DNA of 63,331 nt, filler included, from Perkinsus chesapeaki ATCC PRA-425 (Eukaryota; Protista; Perkinsozoa), in assembly GCA_013115145.1 (NCBI GenBank). It is 5 parts of 5 records of this genome, joined end to end, with 100 filler letters (N's around TTAATTAATTAA, not from the genome) between each part and the next. Parts side by side here need not be neighbours in the genome. Positions count along the whole stretch, not along the records: positions 23,356 to 35,035 come from JAAPAO010000840.1; positions 35,136 to 45,108 come from JAAPAO010000912.1; 3 more parts are not named here. One strand, 5' to 3'. Positions 27,201 through 38,309 of the stretch are shown here, one piece after another. The notes beneath the pieces are model-generated. The model saw only the letters and a program-made list of their open reading frames with translations, had not been told where the DNA came from and ran no database searches. Numbering within the stretch: position 1 is the first letter of the stretch; each line of letters opens with the position of its first letter. Both the position numbers and the translations under genes were made by a program.

Positions 27201-29529
27201 GTGAGCTTTTACGGGCGGAGTTCGAGAAAACACATCGTGCTGGATCAGGCATGGGCACGTTCCTCTAACAATAGTAAAAGTTGAACCGCTCTAATAGAAC
27301 TGTGTAGCGAGATCTTCAACTTCAGCCTTCAACAACGAACTTGCACCCGTTGCAATTGACTTTGTCGCCGCCAGCCGGAGGCGTACGATTACCTCGCGAC
27401 TGTCGAGGCATGCCACAGCGTCATCATATGCGATCTCGGGGATCTTGCCGCCAGTTCCTAACAACACAATATTTGGCTTAATATAAGCAACTTTACCAAC
27501 CTAGCTTGTCGACGATCGCCTGCAGAATTTCCCTCTGTGAGGTATTGCCGTCGTCCACTGCCAAAACGTATCTGAGATATTAAACTTTAAAGACATTAGT
27601 GAGTGTATGGAAGAGACCGTTGAGCTTCGGTGCCAGCTGACAGGTGCTTTACGCATCTCGCTAAATCTCGAACCTGAAGAAGTGGACTGAATATTCCTCC
27701 AGAAGCTCAGATACAAAAAGGCAAATATATCGAAACTCATGGGATTGATATTTGACGTCACAAGTGGCTAGCCTTAATCAAGATAATTATTTGCACTATC
27801 TAGCGATATAGCAAAGTGAATTGGACTCGCAACTCTACCAGGCTTTAATAGCCTTCTGTACCGGCCACCGCGGTGCTCCCATCTGACTCAGGTCGACCCC
27901 GCTTGGCGGGAGCAAGAAGAATATGGGAAATTAGACACACATTTTAATTATCAGTTTTGGGAGGTGACCTACATGGAGGGTTGGAATACTATTTCCACCG
28001 TTGCCAACAATACGGTGAGTACTCTCTCCCAACCATGCCGCACGAAAATCGTCGTAACTAGGGATAGCGTCATCATAAAAATGTAGAAGTTCAGATTATC
28101 TCACAATGTCATTTCACCATTGCCGTAGAGAATTCCTGGACAAACAACGTACCTAACAGAAATGCAGCAGAGTTTCGGTAGTAGAAGCCGAAGGAGAGGA
28201 AATAACGCCCTGATGCATCTGCACAATATCGATCTGTGACATCTCAAGGAGCTGGTTTATATGCTAATAGTCGATGAACCTGCCGTTCAGGATTGCTGTG
28301 GAGTGCTACTGCTATCCACTTATTGCTATTAACTAGGTCAAGTAACACAACCATTACAATAAGCAGTAGCTTACGCGGTGATATTGGTCACAGAGTTAAG
28401 AGAGATTGCCAAAGTTTCGAGGTACTTCCAACTTCTATAGCGACCAGATGGCACCCTTCTGCACCAGTCCGCTGGAGTGAACACCTAAAGGGCGAAATGC
28501 GGACTGAATGGGCGATTATAAATCAGGAAACGGAGTTTGAGCAACACTGCTATAGACCTGCCGAGAGCTGCTGGATAGGTGCTTGCAATGATAACACTAG
28601 TGATATGAGCCCGCAGGAATTCAGGAGCTCTAACGTAGCCTACTGTCACAGCAGGTTCTTCTGGCTGATCGGCATCGGACGCGTTTTCACTGAGTGTTTC
28701 GGGAACAGAGTCATCCATGACACTTCCGTCAACCTATACAGGTACGCTACTCAACGGGATGCTTGATGAGATACCGACCGTGCTGGGCTTGGTCTTGGCC
28801 CATACCATCACGGTAGATACCAAAACCAATACCTACACGAAGATCCAACAAGCGGGGGATAAGCAGGCCCACCAAGGGCTTCTCGAGCTCGTAAGATTTC
28901 ATTCTGCCCAAAACGAACTCGACTTCCTCTAGATCACTGGTATGTAGATCAAACCTGAACCGAGGCTTCGTTATAGGTAGGAAAAATACTGATATTCTCG
29001 GCGCCGTGCCTCACAGAAATGTGCAAGGTATTCCTAGTGGAAATTTTGACAGGAAAAAATTTTTTTAGACCGAAAAGTACCATCGGAAGTAAGCTTGCCA
29101 CAGCCTACGATGTCTATCTGGAATTTTCGGCCAAGAGTCCAACTCAAGAAAACCTTCAGTGCTCCTCGGGACTTGGAGCTGCAGATTGTAATCGGGTTTC
29201 GGGTTTTCGCCGGTGGTAGGCGGAGCAGTACGAATGGAGGACGTACGATGTCTCATCCACAGGGTTACAACTATAAACTCACACGGCGAGATCTGACTGG
29301 GACACAGCCTTGAGAATGTTAGTTGGACTCCTCCGCGACACGATTCTCTTCACTGGCGACGGAACCTGACCCTACAGGTGACGAACATTCGCACTCTCGA
29401 TCGCACTTGACAGTCATCTCCGCCTTTAACTGTTGCATAAATCCTAGTTGGTGTGTCGAGGATCTTTTGCAGGTCAGCGCACAGCGCGTTGCCGACGTAA
29501 GAATCAGCGTTGTTGACGAAGATTTTCAT
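24250..29529 (-). CDS. AK7: Adenylate kinase 7-like (epimerase-like N domain, AK domain, C-terminal Dpy-30 motif), multi-exon
   Basis: MKIFVNNADSYVGNAL; LVSTVMVWAKTK; YVVCPGILYGNGE; GNGGNSIPTLHV; P-loop LIGPPASGKS; YRLVHIAVG; YILDGFPRTAEEARELF; YLVDNVMPVLKDGILEACHRMPEDPMSFIAE - colinear with AK7 architecture. Confidence 0.9.
29109..29209 (+). pseudogene. Decayed inverted copy of a glyoxalase-like exon fragment inside AK7 intron
   Basis: Aligns by eye (roughly 85%) with reverse complement of 30826-30926; reads DVYLEFSAKSPTQENLQCSSGLGAADCNR vs DVYLELLAKDPTRESIECSSWLGVADCNR. Confidence 0.8.
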
Positions 29530-29859
29530 ACGAGGTTGGGTAGGACGTATTCACTAGTAAAAGGTGGCTAGGTGAAGATTGCATCGCAGAGTTAATTGAC
29601 AGGGTAACGCAACGAAAAGAAATGGCCAAAACCTGATAAGTGAAGGCCAGCGGAAACACACTGGCAAATATGTTGCTTATTGAATCACAACTTCTCCTTT
29701 GCAAGTTCGCAATGTGGCTCGGAGGCGAAGATCGTCACAATCGGAGGGGAGCTTGGGAGAAAAGGCACTGAAAGAAAGCCTAGTTAATGGGTTCCCCAAG
29801 AACCCCCATGGCCGTCGCCGATTATGCGGTCACCTAACAGTTGGAATCTACCATTTCCC

Positions 29860-31118
29860 TACTCACGTTCCTTCAAATAGTTTGCCATCACCGTAAATTA
29901 GCTCGGCCACCTGCGAGCCATCTGGAAGGCTGGCCATTATTTCAAGCGATATGAGCGAGCACCTGAATGGGGTGAGCTACGGAGGCGGGCCAAGTGTAGT
30001 GCAGGAAAAGTACAAGATCCGATCAAGAACTACGTTGAAGCTTAAGCTAATGGTCGTCTACACATGTGGCGAGGAGAGGAATTTCGGCAACGACGTCGCG
30101 AATTGCCGGTAGCTTTTCGGAAATCTCGATCAGAGAGGAGCGTGTTGTTCGGCTTGTTTGATAGTCATGAGGCTCGAAAGAAAAGACCATGGGAATGTTC
30201 CAGAGATAATCACGGACGATTCGCGAGATAGATCATTAAAGGAGCTCAGACAGCGTAACGTACTTGGGTGACCTTACCCTTTGGGTGCAGTTAGGGCTGG
30301 ATGCTCCGATTGACACCAGTTGATGCGGAATGGTGACGTGCCCATATTAGGCAACTGTGCTACGTGAGGATAAGCATGAGAGGCCACATCCAGCTGCCAC
30401 TCCAGTATCTGAAGGGATAGCCATTCAATGGCGTATCAATTCCCGGAACTGGTTATTAATATGTCAATGATTTCGTTCATTGAGTCAAGTTGACGGTATG
30501 CTAGCCATAGGAGGAGAGCAGCTGACATTCCAAGTCCGTGGAATGGGAACCTGGACGATAGTTGCACTTTAACACAAGTAATTTTTCCAAGTTTGGAAGG
30601 GTCTACTTTCCAGCTCTGTGGACTTGGAAAATGGTGCACTTTAATTGGTCCATGGTCTTACCGAGCCATCGTTTTTCTTGCGCGAACATGACCTAAATCT
30701 ATCGTCAACTTTATCAGGAGACACTCTGACGCAATAAGTAGTCAGACGCCCGAGACCTGAGGTACCTGCAAGCAAAACGGATTTCACGTTCTACGCTCGT
30801 ACTATGTCCGAAACCCGAATACAACCGAAAACCCGGAACCCGGTTACAATCTGCAACTCCAAGCCATGAGGAGCACTCAATGCTTTCTCGAGTTGGATCC
30901 TTGGCCAACAATTCCAGATAGACATCATCACCAAGTGCCACCAACGCGTTCCATGTGCCTATCGAAAATCAATCGGTATTATTTTAAGGAGCGTCTAAGA
31001 TACCCAATCCTTCGTGCCTTCCACCAACCACAGGGCGGACGCCGGTAGCTGCAGCAAAAGCATCGATGGACTGCTCGAGATCGTCAACAGCAACGACAAG
31101 GTGATCGAGTTTTGACAT
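29860..31118 (-). CDS. Glyoxalase-like (VOC, Glyoxalase_3-type) protein, multi-exon (3' end uncertain)
   Basis: MSKLDHLVVAVDDLEQSIDAFAAATGVRPVVGGRHEGLG|TWNALVALGDDVYLELLAKDP; later SRKKNDGSV and PFRINWCQSEHPALTAPKG. Confidence 0.8.
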
Positions 31119-31837
31119 TGCTGATGCAGAAGCTGATGAATTATTCACAGAGTTGAAGCCGATAGTGCCCAACTGCGCAGCAGTGCCTGTGTGCCAGGCT
31201 TCTTTACCCAATCCGATCAAGTATTAGTTTCGATACATTTTACCGCAGAATATTTCTGGGTATTAATTAACACTATTAGTAAAGAAATTGGAAACGAACA
31301 CAGCGTGGCGATGAAGTAAGCCAGCAAATGATTCTCTTATCGACAGCCAAGAGAGGAAACGCAGCCGAGGATGGAATATTGCACCGACGCCATTGCGATG
31401 AACCTGAGGAGTATATTTGGGACGTCACAGTATTCACAGAAAAAGTTCGAAGCTGCGCCCTTGCTTCCTGCCTTCGCTCAGGCACTGTAGCGTGCGATAC
31501 AAGCAAACATCTGAGCAACGATAACATACAATTTGTATGATACAAACATACCTATTTTCGGGAAAAAAGTGGTGAAATGTGAGGACCATGCGAACTCCAC
31601 GGAGAAAGGCCATCAGGACCACCGCTGAAGATGCAGGTGGTGGCGTTCCGTGTGGACTCCTTAGTAAGGAGTCATTACGAAGAAATCTGGTGGCCCCAAT
31701 CACACACACGTCTCGCCCATGTCATGTTATATACACAATATAGTTACTCAGTTCATGTAACTCAGAATTGTATCAGCGCATCAATTAACACAAAATAACG
31801 CCAGACGATAGGAGGGGAGAAACAACCTTGCTGAAGC

Positions 31838-33957
31838 CTAAATAAAGGTCTTCACACAGTGGACCTCATCGAAGCACTTGACAATCTTCACTTCTCGATA
31901 CCCAAGAGAGGAAAACATAGCCCGCGACGGCCTATTGGAAAGCCGGATCTTTGCGACGAACCTGACGGAGGTAACAAGAGTCCAAAGTGGAGTCCTGGGA
32001 AGATTTAAAATGATTCCTCAGCCGAAAAGACTCGAAGTGGCAATCTCGGCTATCTTAGGAACATCAGACTGATGTCATCACTGCGCTAGAGCACCCAGGC
32101 TGGGTGACCCAGCGCAGTTATGTTGCCTTATGTTTCGGCTAGAGGTTGCAATTAGAGAGCCCAGAAGCCTCTGTAGCTACAAACTTTGCAGTACAAAGAT
32201 TGAACGCAACACGGTTATCGATTCAAATGTATAGCAATGATTCGGTGTGATTCGATTGCTAAGCAATCGAATCACACCGAATCAAGCTTCAACGAAACCG
32301 CGCGATGGATGAATCTCAGCAAGGCATTGCGGAATACTGCTGGCCATCCTTCTGGATTCGTAATGGACTCATCATATTGAATAAAAACTTTCTTCTGGAT
32401 TCGTTGTTCTGATTGTCGGTGTGTGTCAAGGTGGCTACCACCGGGTGGTACCCCCTGGCGAAGCCAGCGACTGGCGGCACTAGTGGCCAGCCTCGCCAGG
32501 TTCTACCATTTGTGCCACGGATTTCGTGAGTCACCTATGAAATAGTGCAGCTTCCGGGTAAATTTTCCCGGAAAGTTTTTCCTGCCGTTCACAGTGGAAC
32601 AGTTGCACAACAGGGTGCAAAATTTACCCACGACAGTTACGGCTACGGCGCGCCGTAGTCTAAGACTCGGGCGTACCTCCGTAAGGCTGCCCTATTAGGG
32701 CACAGTTACGGCTACGGCGCGCCGTAGTCCAAGACTCGGGCGTACCTCCGTAAGGCTGCCCTATTATGGCATGAGTCTTCGACAATCGAGGTTCGACTAC
32801 TCAATGGGGATGCCCTAGGCATGATACCCAAGGCAGTGAGCAGTGATCAAGCAGAGAATGAGATGCAAAATTCTTGCCAAAACCTAGCGGCCATGGTCTA
32901 GTCACATATAACCCCCAAGCTGGCGATTCGCCGCTGGCCGCCCATGGATGGCGAAGCAACATGATCGCTCTTCGCCATGGCAGCCATGGCTCTCGAATTG
33001 CAAGGAATTTGATAAAGCCGTCTTATTGAGACGCTATCTGGATTTGCTCACGCCGAGTAAGCCCGCGACGAGTGGCTACATACGCTTGGAGAGTTTTGAA
33101 TCAGAACTTTTGAGTGAGAAATAGGTTCTCTAGCCAGACGGAGCCTGTCTGCTCTCTAAAGAACGCATTGCGTGCCACGCAGGCAGACTTATGCATCATA
33201 ATCTACGATGAATTATTCAACCGTCGGTTGACAACCGAAGTCTCACCTTCTAATTCCCAAATTTGCTCTACAGTAATTTTCCATCATCGTGACTGCTTCC
33301 CTAGCTATACCTTTCCTCCTACTCGATGGCACAGCGGTCATCACGGATATCTCGCCTTCTGAGATAGACGCGTGAAGTGGGGCGAAATAGCCTCCCGAAG
33401 CCACAGAGGTCGCCAGCCATACCTCGAATGCTGTGGCCAGGAGTATTATCATCTTCAATATCCGAAATAAAGCAATCAACATCACCGCACATTGCGCCGC
33501 CTGGCAGTCACCTCACAGATTAATTCAATCAGCTTCTTGGTACCTGCAGCGACCTCGCCTAGCTGTGCATCTGCTTCTCTAGATTTATCCAGCACAATAA
33601 ATATCAGTTTGTCACTGTCATCTTCCCATGATTTCTGCATGTCATACCTGGTGCAATGATCATCAAGTAGGAACGGAACGCTAAAGCTCGGGAAAAACGT
33701 GAAGGGCGAGGATACCGGGTGGCACGCTTCCAGTAGAGCTCGACTGTGGACTCATTGATGACCTACTCTTCCTCAGGAGTCAGAAGCTCACTCTCGGTCT
33801 CCTCCCTGAGATCCTGCGAGTTCACCATCCAAGAATGATACGTATCTACCTAATATCTCGACATGCAGATATAGTTCGTGCTGATGCTGCTCACCATTTG
33901 TCGAGTATAGGGCACCAAAATGCACTTCTCCCCCTCCAGTCGCTCGGCCACCCGCAT
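31838..33957 (-). CDS. NAT9: N-acetyltransferase 9-like (GNAT), multi-exon
   Basis: MRVAERLEGEKCILVPYT; YHSWM...ETESELLTPEEEY; MQKSWEDDSDKLIFIVLD; MCGDVDCFI; GEISVMTAVPSSRRKGIAREAV; FVAKIRLSNRPSRAMFSSLGY. Confidence 0.88.
32238..32284. repeat. Perfect 23-bp inverted repeat (1-nt spacer) in NAT9 intron
   Basis: TGATTCGGTGTGATTCGATTGCT-a-AGCAATCGAATCACACCGAATCA. Confidence 0.92.
32634..32766. repeat. Two-copy 69-bp tandem repeat in NAT9 intron
   Basis: CAGTTACGGCTACGGCGCGCCGTAGT...GCCCTATTA starts at 32634 and 32703; each holds palindrome CTACGGCGCGCCGTAG. Confidence 0.92.
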
Positions 33958-34589
33958 CTTTGTATTTGGGGACCGAAAACAATTCAAACAGCTGAAGGAG
34001 CAACGTATCTTCACGAAATAGGTCTCCCACGCACATCAACCTAGGAAGCCTCTCCCCTTCCCTGTGACTTCCAGTCGAGTGAACAGATATTATCAACTCA
34101 CAAAGCACTACTTCGGGGGCGGATGTCCGCCACACCCCGAAATTGCGCGCCAGAAAATTCTTCGTGATAAGAAGGACATTCAACGTAGTATCAACTTAAT
34201 ACTATTAGGAGCTTTCTATCTGTAAGTCGCCACACGATATAGTGTGCCTTGCATGATTGCCAATACACACATTTACTTCTGTTGTGGTAAGACGGCGAGT
34301 CCCACGTGAGTATTGAAGACGCCCAAGGAGGCACCTACTAACACAACAACCGTCGATGGATCACTACGCACTTTACAATCGTTCAGAACCCAACTGGAAA
34401 GGACGAGAAATGATACAGCACGCAATTCTGCAGTCGTAGTCGAGAAATAGGATACAGGTGATGCTTGTTGCTATATACCAGCAGTACCGATGCGCTGACG
34501 AGCAACCTCATATCTGAGAGGTGACATCCGAACGTGTTCGATCAAATGACTTACGAGACTTCATCACGGGTGAGCATCTCCGGGCGAGA

Positions 34590-34720
34590 GGATCCAGATG
34601 AAGAGGATTCTGGGGAACCTGACGAACACGAGATTGAGAAATATATGCTACTAAACGACAAGCAACAGCTTGGCTTGGAATGATGGAACTCTCCTTCAGC
34701 TGTTTGTCAACTCGACACTT
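34590..34720 (+). mobile_element. Possible degenerate hAT transposase C-terminal fragment
   Basis: EHEIEKYMLL...GLE*WNS resembles the E(L/I)xxY...LxWW dimerization motif with one W codon as TGA; weak. Confidence 0.2.
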
Positions 34721-35035
34721 CTAATACTTTCAAGTTTGTTCCCAGTCAGGTATAAGTGTCGAGTTGGCAAACAAGCCCAGGTAATTTACCTGGTCCTGCC
34801 GCTGCCCTTGGTTCTCTCGCTGATGTAGCTTGCCGTGCTACCTGGCAATTGGCGAAGTCGGGGGTGGCCTGACCGCCAATTCCACTAGCATACCAAACGC
34901 GAGCCTACCAAGGTCTCCGGGTGATTGGGCTGAGTTTGCCTGTCTATCCGTGGCCTTCCATATTTCGCTTTATACTCCGCAGATAGGAAACCAATTATGT
35001 AAAATCCAACACCAAAGAGAGACCACCATGTAACC

Positions 35036-35135
35036 NNNNNNNNNNNNNNNNNNNNNNNNNNNNNNNNNNNNNNNNNNNNTTAATTAATTAANNNNNNNNN
35101 NNNNNNNNNNNNNNNNNNNNNNNNNNNNNNNNNNN
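35036..35135. other. Assembly linker
   Basis: 100-bp N run with TTAATTAATTAA. Confidence 0.98.
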
Positions 35136-35345
35136 AGTGATACGGAGGAGGAGATATAATAGAAAGGAGTTTGATAGGAAATATGTTACTAGTGATACGG
35201 AGGAGATAAAATAGAAAGGAGTTTGATAGGAAATATGTTACTAGTGATACGGAGGAGATATAATAGAAAGGAGTTTGACAGGAAATATGTTACTAGCGAT
35301 ACGGAGGAGGAGATATAATAGAGAAGAGTTTGATGGGAAGTATCC
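35136..35345. repeat. 52-55 bp minisatellite, about 4 copies, at contig start
   Basis: AGTGATACGGAGGAG(GAG)ATATAATAGAAAGGAGTTTGATAGGAAATATGTTACT units at 35136, 35191, 35243, 35295. Confidence 0.92.
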
Positions 35346-35349
35346 TATT

Positions 35350-37804
35350 ATATAGTGGCTCCCTCTGGGAACTGTTAATGATTGTCATCGAAAGCATGCA
35401 AGAAGCTTACTTCCCGAATAGCCACCTCGATCGGCGTATGCCCTTCGTTATTCACACACTTGAGAGCTTCCACAGAACCAGCTAGGTTGGGTAACTGGGA
35501 CAATAAGACACTTGAATTCCAGAGAAAACTGATAAGTGCGTTACTATGATACTTAGCTGCTCATGACGATCGTAGAAGGCGGCGTAGTGCAGTGGTGTCC
35601 AACTGAGCGAGGAACAACGGAGACATGACAACTTGCGTCAATCAATAACAATAAAAATAATAATTAACCAAGTAATTATTGACAATAAATAATGAACTAA
35701 GCCCATCCACAAAAGTATATCACATACAGTGTTTCAAAGCCAGCTCACCATTCAATATAAAGAGTTTAGTTTTCATTTTTGCCAGTTGATCCTAGGGGTG
35801 TATTATTCACGATATGCATACGGATATACGCTATAAGAAAGTACATGAGGCATTTATATATATATACAGTATATATACAGTATATATACAGTATATATAC
35901 AGTATATATACACTATATATACAGTATATATACAGTATATATATTTTTTTACGGGCTCAAATAATATATTACGAAGGTGAATACGTTAGTTTATATTCGG
36001 TGGATATATTGATATAGAACTATGTTATTATAGCAAACAACAAGTCGATGACATTTGTATTACACAGGTGGCCTGAGACGGGGCTGATATGGAATTTAAT
36101 GCACTAAGTTTTTTACGACGGATTTGAACTCTTCAATGCTTTTTTATAATATTATAAAAAATGTGTACTCATTAACATGGTAAATACAATAGATAAGATA
36201 GTGAATAATAAAATACTACTCGTTCCTCCGCACATTTCATATAATAATCTATCGTCCGACTAAATACGTATCCTTGTAACATACTAATTAATCTACATAA
36301 TACGACATTTATATAATATGTTCACATTTCGCCCTCTATATCAAGCCATGCGGTAATACTCCTCTCACTCCATCCTTGCCCTGCTTACCCATAGAGATCT
36401 CTCATGGCCAGAATCCTCGGATCAGCAAGTCCGAGGAGAAGCTTAGGACTCCTTATAGAGTAACGGAAAGCAATGGTCAAAGGTACCTGGCAGCGAACTG
36501 CATCGCTCCGCCTTCTCAAATAGTAGTTCGATTTTAATGAAAGAAACAAGTTTTATCCGTCATTATAGCCTATAGTTATAGAACTGCGTACTTAACAACA
36601 TTGAAGTGATAGATTAATACACTGGACTGGACTAATACATTAATAACATTATACAACTTGCTGAAGGGTTACTGACGAACATTACATTAATAATGAGTCA
36701 TTAGTAATTTAATGGCCTCCATTAGCAAGTTGATAGTAACGTCATATGGTAATGATAGTCATTAGTAATGACACTATACAAAACATGCAAACAACTTCGC
36801 CACATGCGATTGATACTCAAGTAGCGCCTCACTCGTTCCTCTTCATCAGCAATAGTAACATCAGCGCCCAGCTCCACCAAGGCCTCGGCTTCCTTGGTAT
36901 TATAGTAACGTAGAGCATGCAATAGAGGAGTCTTGCCCAACATTACAAGCGGGACCGGAATGAAGGACGTCGGGACAGAAACTATCTGAACGAAAAGTTT
37001 TTCTGACACCTCTAGCTACGCAGGAGATATTCCTACTGGCGGCATGTTCTCGTGCGGATCAGCAAAAGTTATCGTCGAAGTGCCGCGTCGTTGGACTTCC
37101 ATCGGAACGTCAAGGTCACCTCCGAATCTGAGTGGTGATGATGAAGCCTGGAATGCGACGAGCATGAAACGACCGGCCAGAAAATCGAAGCTCAACTAAT
37201 GAGGCCTGGACACGCTACATAGAAACACGCTTATCAATTACCGAAAGCAATACCCTGTATGCATCTGCTCACCACCGCGAGTTGGGAGATTTTTTCAGGA
37301 AAGCCGGTTTGATTTTAAACATCTTACAGCAAGGCAGAGAGTATTGTCTATAGCAGTTTAATGACGGGATATAGGGCTCAATCCAGAAAGGGAGTCGATA
37401 GATGTTCCAGCACTTCGAGGCATGAAAATAAAAGTAATTCTATGAATTAATAGTAATGATAATATTATGATCATAATAAAAATTATTATCTAATAACAAT
37501 CAATACGAGCTGATCTCGAGCCGCGAGCCTCGAGGCTTATCACTAAAATCCGTCCCGAACGACGCCGACCATATAAATAAGGTACTTCGCATAAAGGTGA
37601 ATAAGTCTCCAGCCACCGTATCGAACGAAAAGGTGGAGTAGGGAACCTGGAGCAGCAAAACCTGTGGGCTGCCGAAAAATGATCGCTACATCCGGTGCGG
37701 CGATCTTTCCAACATATCAGTTCGCGCCAGTGGTCAAGCAGCAAGGCGTAGAACAGATCAGCTGGAAGCTCTCTTCGGTCCACTAGAGCTAGGATGCTCT
37801 CCAT
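35350..37804 (-). CDS. Ankyrin-repeat protein, multi-exon (ends uncertain)
   Basis: Exons LGKTPLLHALRYYNTKEAEALVELGADVTIAD (~36840-36945) and VNNEGHTPIEVAIRE (~35410-35460); candidate start MESILALVD at 37804. Confidence 0.55.
35857..35944. repeat. (TATATATACAG)n 11-bp satellite, about 7 copies
   Basis: Directly visible tandem units. Confidence 0.92.
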
Positions 37805-38236
37805 GTCAGACGGGACCCTGGAAACGTAAATCCATGCTCACAACTGCCTTTGTTTAATTACGTGGCCATGCCCAATGAGGAGCATATTCCAGGCGCACCA
37901 TAAGATCTCACTATCCCAGAAAGAAAAGATTCTCCGGAGGTCGGATGCTCCTCACTAGCTCTCTGTGACGAGCACGGAGTCGATAGTGTGACGTAGAGCT
38001 AACATAAGGTGTCTCATTATTCGACCAATTAGAGCCGTGACATTACTTCATGCGAGCTTCCGGCAAGCCGGTGCAGATCCGTAGGGGTCAGGAAGCCGCC
38101 GACTTCGAATAGGACATCCGAGTGGTTGGATAGGATGGATGATAGGTTCATTTGAAGTGGGAAGATCGGTAAATGCTGAAGGTGTTGCAGTGGAAAGAGA
38201 AGCCAGAAAACTGATGTGGGGGTGGTTCAATTTCAA

Positions 38237-38309
38237 GCCCGTCTAGCTCAGTCGGTAGAGCGCAAGGCTCTTAACCTTGTGGTCGTGGGTTCGAGCCCCA
38301 CGGTGGGTG
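38237..38309 (+). tRNA. trnK-CTT: tRNA-Lys (anticodon CTT)
   Basis: Cloverleaf: D arm GCTC/GAGC, anticodon stem CAAGG/CCTTG with loop CTCTTAA, T arm GTGGG-TTCGAGC-CCCAC; followed by TTTT. Confidence 0.96.

Noticed and set aside
32634-32766. CRISPR-like appearance of palindromic direct repeats
   Set aside because: Two abutting copies, no unique spacers, eukaryotic intron context, no cas genes.
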